DNA from: Chlorokybus atmophyticus
Lineage: Eukaryota; Plantae; Mesostigma and Chlorokybus algae
Reading direction: 5' to 3'
NCBI GenBank assembly: GCA_009103225.1
Contig: RHPI01000101.1
Span: forward strand, 1 to 64,000
Length of the DNA stretch: 64,000 bases
Below, piece after piece: positions 1 through 10,959 of the stretch. Made by a program: the position numbers and the translations under genes. Within the stretch, counting starts at the first letter, position 1, and each line of letters opens with the position of its first letter. The notes beneath the pieces are model-generated. The model was not told the DNA's origin, did not search any database, and was given only the letters and a program-made list of their open reading frames with translations.

Positions 1-107
1 AGACTCATAACTCGCCGATATCCGCCACAAGTCATAAAAAACATGTACCTTACAAATAAGGCCTAAAACGGCCATGAAAATCACAGAATTTGGCCTTGAC
101 TGTTACA
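1..107 (-). mobile_element. Partial LTR of the same family as the 4529-10579 element (continues left of window)
   Basis: 1-107 matches 5095-5201 and 10473-10579 almost base for base and ends ...GACTGTTACA (TG start on the minus strand). No polypurine tract follows, so this is the outer edge of a 5' LTR or a solo LTR. Confidence 0.92.
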
Positions 108-700
108 CAAGATGCCTTGCTTAGCCTTTTTGCCTTCTTTGCAACAAGCCAAGGCTATTTTCTTGTATTTTGGCGACAACTCGGCTATTCTTCGTTCCAT
201 CTTTTTCCCTAGCTGGGGAATCGGTGGACTCGAAGCTTCCGCCTGTTCCGCCATTGCCGCGACTAGCCCTTTTTCTTCGAGATAGGCTTCTAATTCGCGG
301 TAATCCTCTTCACTGGCGCTACTATTAAAAGTCTCACGCCACTTGTGATAATTTCCAATCCGGCGTTGTTTCGGCATGCACTTCGGAAGCGCGAATTTCC
401 GAATCAAAGTGGCCCCAAACCACGGCCCGAGTGGTTCAAAATCGTATGTCTAAGCTCCGAGGCCAGCTGTTACGCCGTGCAGTGGGTAATTATCACTTAA
501 AACTATGTACAGTGATCACACACTTTACATGTAGTGACTGTACACTCCCTTAACCACCTTTCGTTGAATGAACAACTACTTGGCAACTTAAGGGTTATGG
601 TCACCTAGCTTAGGTACCCCTACCTTAGCCCCAAAAGCCCAGAGCTCAAGTCGTGCGACGTCTACCCTCCACCCGCGACTGGCTCCTTTTTTATGGCGAA
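108..700 (-). pseudogene. Orphan coding segment(s) truncated by the LTR at 107
   Basis: Open frame TYDFEPLGPWFGATLIRKFALPKC...ELEAYLEEKG...KKAKQGIL runs into the LTR. A plausible upstream exon ends GCTAAG|GTAGGG. No recognisable family. Confidence 0.3.
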
Positions 701-790
701 ATCCATCGCCATGAGCTTTACTAGGAACTATCTTGGCTAAGACCTACTTGGTTCAAAGCCCCCTACCAGATCCCCATTCACTCACCCAAG

Positions 791-1325
791 TGATTAGTTT
801 AGTTCACCTGGCATTAGTTCACTGGCATTCTGCAAAGTGACCAATAATGCTAATCCGCGATTACTGCGCTTGCGGCCATGGCAGACGGCGCTGTCACGCG
901 CTGCGTATCGGCACACGCGGGAGGGGGCAAATGCCTTAGCCGATTTTCTGTCGCGACGTCGCGTTGCGAAGTGATCTAATAGTTGATTCACTTGTGAATC
1001 AACTTTAGTTCACTACCTTGTCGGCTTTATGAATCACTCTGCTAGTGAACTAACTTAGTTCACCGGTGATTCACTTTTGGCTCCCTCTTCTATTAGTCCC
1101 CCCCATATAGGGGTGATTCACTTAGTTCACTTAGTTCACTACGAACCCTTAGTGAACTACTTTAGTTCATGTTCGTAATTGAACCAGTGAACTATTTTAA
1201 TTCACTTACGAACCCCTAGTGAACTATTTTAGTTCATGTTCGTAACTGAACTAGTGAACTAATTTAGTTCACTATGTTGATTCACTTCGCAGGTGAATCA
1301 ACCCCTTCGCGAACTCATTTCGCGA
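791..1325. repeat. Array of short palindromes built on GTGAA(C/T)(T/C)A / T(A/G)(G/A)TTCAC, including a 67-bp tandem duplication
   Basis: AGTTGATTCAC-TT-GTGAATCAACT (981-1004), GTGAACTAA-C-TTAGTTCAC (~1045-1063), TAGTGAACTAA-T-TTAGTTCACTA (~1252-1274), GTTGATTCAC-N7-GTGAATCAAC (~1277-1303). Units at 1151 and 1218 repeat with period 67. Confidence 0.85.
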
Positions 1326-1667
1326 AGTCCTTTTTGTTCTCCCTAGGTAGGCTACTTCGCTCTATTCATCTGATTCAAATAAGCCGCCTTGGATTGGCCT
1401 AAATGAACCTTATAATTACACATGCTTTTTCCTATGATGTTTCACACGATTGGCCCCATAAGCCCACATCGCGTTAATAAATCATTATACTAGAGCCATG
1501 TGCTTTTATCTTCCTACTCAAGACGCCCATACATTCATGAATAGGGTAATTCCTAGTCAACCACTTCTAATTGGATGCATGCAAATGCTCTAACTAGCCA
1601 GGCCTATAATTAGCGTTGCACTGTGTTCGTGTTAAAGCTCAAACACAAACACACGCATTCAAAGCTT

Positions 1668-3700
1668 TTATAACAAACCAAGATAATCCAACCAAGGTTC
1701 ATTAAACTTTTGTCTCTCGCTAATTAAACTTACATATATACACTGTACATGACCAGCTGTAGTAGCTAGGCCGTAACAACGGCGGCGGCGGCGGCGACTA
1801 TGGCAAAGTAGGTGAGACTGTTTGCATATGTATATACGTGTGGATGCCGTTGTGCTTAGCGCAATTGTCACAGCCCACTCGACCACAAAAGACTTGGTGC
1901 TTTTATGGTCGAGTTGTGGTAGTTTAATGTACCTTCCCGTTACATTCCCCCCCACTTCATCGCGTTGCTCATTAGACGTCCTTGGGCAGCTAAAAGGGGA
2001 GGCAAAATGTGCAGAACTGTCGGCTACTTCTTGATCAGCACACGAAGGCGAGGCCTGAGGCGTTGGCGCAGCACCATGGGGAGCAGCCGGTGGTAGCGGG
2101 GGATTGGCAACGCCATTCCGCCACTCTCCAATAAAATCTATTACCTCTAGTGGCACGTCATGCATAGGCCACGACCATTGTTCGGTGCTTGCAGGCTTGA
2201 GGAGCAAAAAGTGTGCTTCTGGCTCGTTTGGAGCACTGGTGCCCACCACCAGGACTGAGTTGGGGGCTTCTTTATTTCCAACCAAAACTGCGCTACCGGG
2301 CCGTGGCACCCACTCCCCATGCTCGCACTGAACGGTCACCCAGCCAATTAACAAGCCCAGCTTGTTGGCAAACATGGTCATCTAAAGGTGCTCCACTTAC
2401 ACATCTTTTCTCCGCACGATCCGTGGCACCTTGACCATGGCTATGTGAATGTTGCAATTGACATTAGCTTACATGGTTGCAGGCAGTTTGTAATCCTGCG
2501 CCATCTCTCCCGCGGCACCAGTGGCTCTGCAAAAGTCTAGAGATTTTGCTCGCCATACCTGCATCGACGGCCTGGCGGTGATTTTGCGGAGAGTGTCCCC
2601 CCTGCCATCGTCGTCCATGTTGTAAAGCATGGCCCAAAATCCGCTCGAGCTGGGGCGCTTGTGATCATCCAGGACACTTTGAATGGCCTGGCGCGCAATA
2701 CACAATGATAGAAGAAGCAACTACCATTTGTTGAAGCATTGAAGCGGTCCCATGAGGCGAGCTGGCCACCTAACATGACTGATGGCCGTACGTGGGTGTG
2801 GTCAGCTCCTCTGCTGACTCGCTGGCAGGTGGTGACCCCTGCTGCATGCGCATGCTGCACTCAAATGATGTGTCCAACTGCCAATGGCAAGAGTTACAGT
2901 GACTGATAAAGTACCGGAGCTTGGGGCAGACCGCCGGCTTCAACTTGCAGCGGGTGGGGTAAGGTAGGGTCAGAAGCCACATCGGTTGTTGCATTGTGCT
3001 GTGGTCTCGCCAGTCGCGGCAAGAAGGATTGTTGCCCCGCAATCACCGGTGCTGCTCGTGGAGGAGACGGCAGTGCACGAAGGACTTGTGCCGCGGAAGG
3101 TGGATGCGCTCTGGCTGCAAGGGGAGCAGGTGCGGCAGGTGAGACCACTTGTGCAGCAATGGGGGCTATATATAGGACCCGGGATAAGATGGCTCACAAT
3201 GCTGCAAAGGACAAATAAGCTTATGCAGTGCCTGACGCATTGTTACCAAGGCACACGCATGAAAGACAGCGACTTACCTCAATGGCATGTGGGCTGCATG
3301 GAGCAGAGGAAGCCATGGGGGCTGACAAGGCGGTATTGGGTGCACTCTCACCGCCACCCTCAATCGCAGACTCGTCACGGAGCTCGTGAGCCATGGGCAC
3401 AAGATGCGCCACTGCCCCAATGAACATGTCGAGATTCAACAGGCCAACATGTATGTTGAACTGATGCCGCATTGCCACCGCGCCCATCAGCAAGTGGGAT
3501 TGAAGGACCAGTTGATGGCATTGAACCCAGGCTTGCATAAGAGCTCCAACAGGACCTACTGCGCTGTGGTGCTGCCAACCAATCACATATGGGTTAGCTG
3601 CATGCTTGCGACACTGCAATTGCAATAGTCAGCTGCATCACACCGTCATCAGTTGGTTTCTTTGAACAGCCACCTGCGGCATTGCTGGTTGATGCACGAA
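1668..3700 (-). CDS. Orphan, probably degenerate multi-exon coding region of unknown function
   Basis: Protein-like minus ORFs 1668-2381, 2469-2720, 2894-3148 (Pro/Ala-rich) and 3221-3625 (with an internal GAG|GTAAGT donor). No motif recognised. Coding strand is uncertain near 3000-3400. Confidence 0.25.
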
Positions 3701-4528
3701 TGATTGCATGGACTGCGTCATTGCTGGTTGATGCACTACTGGTTGAATGCCGGACCGGAAATAGCCACGCGCTTCTGTGCTCAAACCTAGCCTACTTCGT
3801 TCGGCACGCGTGCGCGACTTTGCACGCTGACGCGCATCCTAGGCTAGGATGCTAGGAATTTCTTAGCATGCAAAGGTAGGCATGCATTGAAGGTGCATGC
3901 AGTCAACATGCACAGCAAGATTGGCAACAACATACCGCCGCCCAGCTCTGTCTATCTGCTCTGACTTACGCAATGTCGGCTTGACTGTGGGGTGGGTATG
4001 AGTAAATAGTGGAGGCCTGCAGCCACGCTACAATTATCACATGGACTGCGCCAAATAAATTTGCGCTTGCAAGGAAATGCATGTGATTGTTGAGCGTACC
4101 TCGGCATTCCTTTGTGCTTGTTCCCACAGTCGCAATTGGTCCCGCATAGTTCTGACAAGGGGCTCCATGGACTGCAGCTTTTGATCCACTCCTTGTTGCA
4201 GAAAGCGAGCCACCAAGCAGCTCACTGTGTGACGATGGTCCTTGATCGCTTGCCTGCTTGGTTGTCCAATGTTGGTGATGCATATTGGATAGCCCCATTG
4301 CTGACGCCTGCTATGATCAATGACGTGGCGCCCGGTATTAGCTGACTTCGCTGCTTGCACTCTTACGACCACAACTTCTTGCAAAATGTGCCACGCCGCC
4401 GCCGCCGCCGCCTACTCATGGTCCCCTGTCTCCTGATTGGTCCCAGGTCCACTATGCCTGACATTCGACCCGTCATTGACTTGATGCCCCTGTGTGCCAT
4501 CATCCGGCCATCAATGAAGATGTTTGGG

Positions 4529-5201
4529 TGTGACGGTGCTCGTGCCTTGTCACCTGTGAGTTGGTCCAATCCACAACCCTCTCACCAAGACACGGTATTC
4601 ACACCGGAACCTTGCCCCCTCTGCCAAGCACACACGCGCGCCCCGCCACTCGCGTACGCACGCGCTTGCGCTCGAAGCTACACACCGACTTGTGTAGCGC
4701 CTTGGATCCTCACACAAGCAAGCACACACCAGTGGACACACGCTAGCAACCCCTTCTAGCCACCACCAAGCTTGCACACAAGAAACTAGGGAGCTAAAGG
4801 TTGTATTGCAAATTGTAAAATGTCACTTTTATACCTACCAGTCTGCACATGCTATTGTCTAGACGATTCTAGCGCTAGACGGAAGCTAGAAGCTAAGATA
4901 TTCTTGCAGGATCTTGTAGTACACTTCTAGACCTTTCCAACGCACCAAAGATCTCTTAATTTGCTGCTCATATGGTCAAGTTATACTACTTGGCGCCAGG
5001 CCCTTCCAGAAATCTGGTCGAGCCCTTCTCGACTGGCCCTCCGTTTTCTGGCACCTTCCGGACTGGTCTTGGGGCCTCGGTCGATATCCGCAGCAGACTC
5101 ATAACTCGCCGATATCCGCCACAAGTCATAAAAAACATGTACCTTACAAATAAGGCCTAAAACGGCCATGAAAATCACAAAATTTGGCCTTGACTGTTAC
5201 A
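4529..5201 (-). repeat. 3' LTR of element 1
   Basis: Direct repeat of 9907-10579 with about 15 substitutions (~2%, counted by eye). Confidence 0.97.
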
Positions 5202-5214
5202 CTCCTCCCCCCCA
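5202..5214 (-). other. Polypurine tract of element 1
   Basis: Minus strand TGGGGGGGAGGAG immediately precedes the 3' LTR. Confidence 0.9.
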
Positions 5215-5227
5215 GGTGAGCTTGTCC

Positions 5228-8200
5228 TCAAAGCTCGCGAGGTTGTCGTCGAGCAAGATAGGCACGCACAACGTCTTGAGCATTAGTCAAGTGTGCCTCT
5301 GGCTCCCAGGATGCTTCATGCAACGAATAGCCCTTCCATTTCAATAAGAACTTGCGTACGCCATGCACAAACTTCTCACCAAGGATGTCTTTTACCTCCC
5401 ACTCTGGTTCACCGTCCGTGCCAACTTCGGGGGGTGGCCTTTCTGGTGGTTGTCCTTGATATGCTTTCAGAAGGGAGACGTGAAAAACGGGGTGCACACG
5501 CATGGTGTCGGGTAGCTCCAGATTGTACGCCACGTTTGAGACAACTTTGCTGATCTTAAATGGTCCCAACCAGCATTCATTCAGCTTGCGAACTCCCGTA
5601 CGCACCTGTCCGTGCTTCGCGCAGAGTAACACAATGTCGCCTTCCTTAAACGTGAGGTGTCGGCGACGCGCGTCCGCGTACTGCTTCTGGCGATTTTGTG
5701 CCAACAATAGCGCCTCCCTAGCTGCCTCTTTAATGTCCGCGCACTTTGTAAGGAAGTCATTGGTTGCCTCCACACGCACGTCATGTCGTCGCGGTGTCCA
5801 TGCCGTCAACGGTGTCAATGGATGTTGCCCATTGTTCATAAGAAGGGAGTGATTCTTGTGCTTGCATTGTGGTGGTTGTTGATCGCAAACTCAACCAACT
5901 CAAGCAGCTCCGCCCAATTGCCTGGTCGCGCGTTAGCGTAGCAACGCAGCATGTCCTCAATCACACGGTTGGCCTGCTCCGTTTGCCCATCAGTTTGCGG
6001 GTGGAATGCCGTGCTAAACTTCAGTGTGGTACCAAGTGCACCATGCAGCGCCTCCCAAAACTTACTTGTAAAGCGCGGGTCGCAATCACTCACAATGCTT
6101 CGTGGTAATCCATGAGAACGAAACACATGCTTCACGAACAAGCGTGCTGCCTCCGGTGCCGTGTAAGACTCACTACACGGTGCCAAGCGTACCATTTTGC
6201 TGATTTTGTCGACAAACACAAGTATAGCGTCGTACCCTTCTTTTGTCTTTGGTAGCCCCGTGATAAAGTCCATAGTAACTTGCTCCCACTTGGATAATGG
6301 CACAGGGAGAGGTTGCAGCAACCCACCTGGCTTTTGGTTGCTTGCCTTCACCCTTTGGCATGCGTCGCACAACGCCACGTAGTCGCGCACATCGCGATGC
6401 ATCTCTCGCCAGTAAAAACGCTGTTTTAAGCTTGCCGAAGTCCTCTCCAACCCTTGGTGACCAGCAATGGGCACATCATGAGCTTCCTTCAGCAACTTCA
6501 CACGGATATGCGCGACGTTGGGGATGTACAATCGCCCATGGTGCCAAAGCAGCCCGTCGCGCATTGACCAATGCCCACCTGTGTCCGTAGCTGCATTTTC
6601 CAGCTCTTGCAACACTTTCATACCCTCCGTGTCTTCACGAAGCACTTGCCGAATCTGGTCGGTCCACTCGGGCTGCACTTGAGCGAGTGCCTCAATTGCA
6701 TTAAGCCGGCTCAGCGCGTCAGCAACACCATTTGACGTACCGGGCTTGTACTTGATATCGAAGTTAAAAAGTTGAAAGAACTCAAGCCATCGAGCTTGTC
6801 TGCGAGTTAGATGAGGTTGTGTTTGTAAGTACCTCAGTGGAGAGTGATCTGTCTCAAGCACGAACTTTTTGCCTTCCAAAAAACAACGCCTTTGTCGTAG
6901 CGCCATGACTTGCGCTAAAGGTTCCTTCTCGTGCACGGGGTAATTCAGCTCCGCACCACTCATTTTCTTGCTGAAGAATGCTACTGGTTGAAGGCCGTTG
7001 CCATGGTCTTGCTGCAAAACAGCTCCTACGACTGTGTCGGACGCGTCGCAAGCCAAAATAAATGTCTTTTCCATGTCGGGGTGAGCCAGGACTGGTGCCT
7101 CCGTCAGCGCCTTCTTCAACGCAACAAATGCATGTTCCTCTGTTGCTGACCAGCTCCAATGCTTTCCCTTCTTGAGTAGGGCAGTCAAGGGAGCAGCTAT
7201 GCGCGAAAACCCCATGATAAACTTGCGATAATACCCCGCAAGGCCTAAAAAGGACATCACCTCCTTTACGTTGGCTGGGGAAGCCCACTCGCGCACCACC
7301 TGCACTTTGTTGGGGTCCGGCTTGATGCCTTCATGCAACACGATGTGGCCTAGGTACTCCACCTCTCGAAGCAAGAATTTGCACTTTTGTAGCTGGGCGT
7401 ACAACTTGTGTTCGCGCAAACGCTGCAACACGCGCCATAGAAGTGCCACGTGCTCCTTCTTTGTTTTCGCGTACCAAAATGTCGTCGAGGTACACGAGGA
7501 TTCCCTTACCAATCAAGTCAGCAAAAACGCTGTGCATAAGCGTTTGAAATGTTGCCGGTGCGTTCGTAAGTCCGAAGGACATGACCAACCACTCGTAGTG
7601 CCCATAACGTGTGTTAAAAGCTGTTTTCTCCACATCCTCGGGCGCGATGCGGATTTGGTGATAACCTCCAGCAAGATCAGATGTTGTGAAGTACTGCGCA
7701 CCTTGCAATTGCTCCAGCAACTCGTCGATATGTGGGAGTGGAAAGCAATTCCTCTTCGTGATGTTGTTGAGAGCTCGGTTGTCGACGCACATGCGCAAGC
7801 TCCCGTTCTTCTTTTGTACAAACAAAATAGGTGCACCATAGGGGGACTTACTAGGCCGGATGTAGCCTCTTTTCAGCAAGTCCGCCACCTGCCTCTCGGC
7901 CTCTTCCAGCTCCAAAGGTGACAACTTGTATACGGGTCGATACGGTGGCTTGTGCACGCCCTCAATCAGCTCCACACGGTGGTCTACGCTCCGTGGAGGT
8001 GGTAGACCAGATGGAAGTCCGTCCACCATGATATCTTGGTATTCTTTAACAAGTTTACACACCTCGGGGTCCATCGTAGCCGTCTTAACATCGTCACTCA
8101 GCTCTGGTGCTGACTTTGCAGCATTTTCGCGCACCACGCACAACGATACAGCCTTTGCCTTCCGTGGAGACAATAACTTCCTCAATTGCACATAAGAGAT

Positions 8201-8805
8201 CTGGGCAATTGTCGTACCACCTGATTGTGCGTGCCGCGCCTCGATGACGTCCGACGCAGCTTGATTGGATTCTTCACCATTTCGTTCGATGGTGAGCGCG
8301 CGCTTCCTCCAATTGATGGATGGATTATGTTGCCATAGCCACGGTAGTCCCCATATCCCGTCAAACCCGTTCCGTAGTGTGATGCAGCAAAATCGCATGT
8401 TCCCCTTCATCTTCCCAATGCGAACGCACAACTCTTTGGTCATAAACGCAGCGCCATCACCTCCAGAGGGTGGCTCTCCATCAGCGAGCTGAGCTTCACT
8501 TCACCTCCTCGTAATGACGAAAGCCAACCGTAACGCCGCGCAATATCAATACTCATGAAGTTGCTGTTGGCACCGCTATCAATCATGAGCTTACACTCTC
8601 TCCATCGTCCTTGGTCATCGCAAATGTGTGCTCGAAGCCCGAAGTACTTTGTTGTCTCCTCGTTTGCATAACTCACCACCATTGGCGCGTTCAAAGCCAT
8701 CTCCTCTTGCTTCTTTAATGGAAATGTCACAGCATCCGTCCGTGCATGAGGCTCCTTCCTATCCCCAGCAGTAGCCTCCTCACCTACTGGGGGAAGTCGT
8801 TTTCC
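5228..8805 (-). pseudogene. pol of element 1 (protease, RT, RNase H, integrase, chromodomain), three frameshifts
   Basis: Motifs LMIDSGANSNF (PR), YLDDIL (RT), LACDAS (RH), HDVPIAGHQG...CDAC and TMDFITGLP...QTDGQTE (IN), WEVKDIL...FLLKWKGYSLHEASWEPE (chromo). Frame breaks at ~8486-8495, ~7473 and ~5838. Confidence 0.95.
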
Positions 8806-9863
8806 TGCTCCACGCCATTTTGCTCCATGGTGTTGACGCGACGATCACGGCGAGGGTTGCCATCCGGTGTTGGCCTTTGCGTGCTTCGTTTGGGGCATCC
8901 GTACGCCAAATGCTCCGTCGACCCACACGCATAACACTTGCGCACACCTTTACCTCTTTCACCACGTCCGCCGTGCTTCGCCTCACTTCCATGCGTGTGT
9001 ATGGCACCCACCTCCATTGGTGCAGGCCCAGAGTCAGCTCCACCTCCATTGGCAAGTGCTGAACTTGGTTCTCCTCGTCTCCATGCATGTTGAAAGCCTC
9101 CCCGGGGCTGATCACCATGCCTTTGCCTCCAGTCAGTGTTTCTTGTGGTGGACTTGAAGTACAACGCGTCGAGACGCTCCGCGATGCGTATAGCCTCCGC
9201 GAGTGTCTTCGGGTCCCGTAGCTCCACTTCTTTACGCCCCAAAGGTTTTAAACCACGTGTATACCTGTCCAACTGCTCCTCCTCGGTCATATTGGGTATG
9301 GACATCACCAATCGCTGAAACGCGGCCGTGTACGCCATCACCGACCCCATTTGCACAAGGGCTGCAAGTTTGTCGCGTGCGGCCTTCACGCTCTCAACGG
9401 GAACAAATTGATGCCTGACCTCCAGTGCCAACTCTTCCATGGTGGTCAATGGTAGCGCCAACCCGTTTGCAACACGCGTACATCGATGCCTCCACCACAC
9501 AAGTGCTGCACCTTCAAGCAATGTCGCTGCAACCTCCACGTGCAGATGCGTGGGCACCTCCGTGAGCTTCAACCAAGACGATACTTGAAAAATCCATTCA
9601 TCCACTGCATCTCCATCACGTTGACCCCTGAATGGCTTGGGCTTTGGCACCTTCACATGCACGCGCGAGCTTGATGCCATGGGAATTTGTACACGCGCCA
9701 TCGCATGCTCATACGCCTCGCGTTGTGCTTGTGCCGCCGCTTGAGTGTGATGAAGCTCTTCCCTCAGTGCCAAGATGGCAGCTTGAAGCTCTTCCATGCG
9801 AGCATCCTCCATCTCCACTAACACACTACACTCCGCTTCCGAATGAAAAGTGTAAACGCCCAC
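8784..9863 (-). CDS. gag: gag of element 1 (retrotransposon gag domain, CCHC zinc knuckle)
   Basis: Intact 359-aa ORF containing AATLLEGAALVWW, ARDKLAALVQMGSVMAYTAAF and CYACGSTEHLAYGC. Confidence 0.95.
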   Translation of the reverse strand: MGVYTFHSEAECSVLVEMEDARMEELQAAILALREELHHTQAAAQAQREAYEHAMARVQIPMASSSRVHVKVPKPKPFRGQRDGDAVDEWIFQVSSWLKLTEVPTHLHVEVAATLLEGAALVWWRHRCTRVANGLALPLTTMEELALEVRHQFVPVESVKAARDKLAALVQMGSVMAYTAAFQRLVMSIPNMTEEEQLDRYTRGLKPLGRKEVELRDPKTLAEAIRIAERLDALYFKSTTRNTDWRQRHGDQPRGGFQHAWRRGEPSSALANGGGADSGPAPMEVGAIHTHGSEAKHGGRGERGKGVRKCYACGSTEHLAYGCPKRSTQRPTPDGNPRRDRRVNTMEQNGVEQENDFPQ

Positions 9864-9892
9864 ACACTTCCTCTCTCACCTTCGTAAACCGT

Positions 9893-9904
9893 GCTCCGAT
9901 ACCA
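9893..9904 (-). other. Primer binding site of element 1 (initiator tRNA-Met type)
   Basis: Minus strand TGGTATCGGAGC, 2 nt inside the 5' LTR; one mismatch to the plant-type TGGTATCAGAGC. Confidence 0.85.
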
Positions 9905-9906
9905 GT

Positions 9907-10579
9907 TGTGACGGTGCTCGTGCCTTGTCACCTGTGAGTTGGTCCAATCCACAACCCTCTCACCAAGACACGGTATTCACACCGGAACCTTGCCCCCTCT
10001 GCCAAGCACACACGCGCGCCCCGCCACTCGCGTACGCACGCGCATGCGCTCGAAGCTACACACCGACTTGTGTAGCGCCTTGGATCGTCACACAAGCAAG
10101 CACACACCGGTGGACACACGCTAGCAACCCCTGCTAACCACCACCAAGCTTGCACACAAGAAACTAGGGAGCTAAAGGTTGTATTGCAAGTTGTAGAATG
10201 TCACTTTTATACCTACCAGTCTGCACATGCTACTGTCTAGACGATTCTAGCGCTAGACGGAAGCTAGAAGCTAAGATATTCTTGCAGGATCTTGTAGTAC
10301 ACTTCTAGACCTTTCCAACGCACCAAAGATCTCCTAATTTGCTGCTCATATGGTCAAGTTATACTACTTGGCGCCAGGCCCTTCCAGAAATCTGGTCGAG
10401 CCCTTCTCGACTGGCCCTCCGTCGTCTGGCACCTTCCGGACTGGTCTTGGGGCCCCGGTCGATATCCGCAGCAGACTCATAACTCGCCGATATCCGCCAC
10501 AAGTCATAAAAAACATGTACCTTACAAATAAGGCCTAAAACAGCCATGAAAATCACAAATTTTGGCCTTGACTGTTGCA
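9907..10579 (-). repeat. 5' LTR of element 1
   Basis: Direct repeat of 4529-5201. A TATAAAA box candidate lies on the minus strand at 10205-10211. Confidence 0.97.
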
Positions 10580-10959
10580 TTGGGTGAGTATGCGCTAACT
10601 CCCATTAGGGCTGGTCGAGTAATGTCTCTGTTGTACCATAAATGGTACAATAAAGCCATTGTACGTCAATGGCTGGGGCTGGACGAGATATGCCTTTGTC
10701 GTACCATACATTACGCCGAAGCCATTGTTACCCTTGGTTGTACGAAGCATGGATGGTATGATATGCATAAGTCGTACCATCAGCCATAGGAGAGAAGGAC
10801 GCACTACAAGTGCGACTCTCGTGCGGGACACTAGACGTTAAGAACTGCCTCATTTTCGTTTTCGCGCCTAGCACATTTAGGCGAGCCAACTGGCGGCGGC
10901 AGCATTGGATGCGGCAGCGCCACCAGCTAACTAGGCGGCACCCAACTATTAGTTAGAGA

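Larger units (their letters stand above)
4529..10579 (-). mobile_element. Full-length Ty3/gypsy LTR retrotransposon, chromovirus type (element 1)
   Basis: Two 673-bp TG...CA LTRs (4529-5201, 9907-10579), 5-bp TSD TTGGG (4524-4528 and 10580-10584), PBS, PPT, and domain order gag-PR-RT-RH-IN-chromodomain. Confidence 0.98.

Noticed and set aside
4355-5178. Short ORFs repeated at 9925-10580 as duplicated genes
   Set aside because: They are incidental frames inside the two LTRs.
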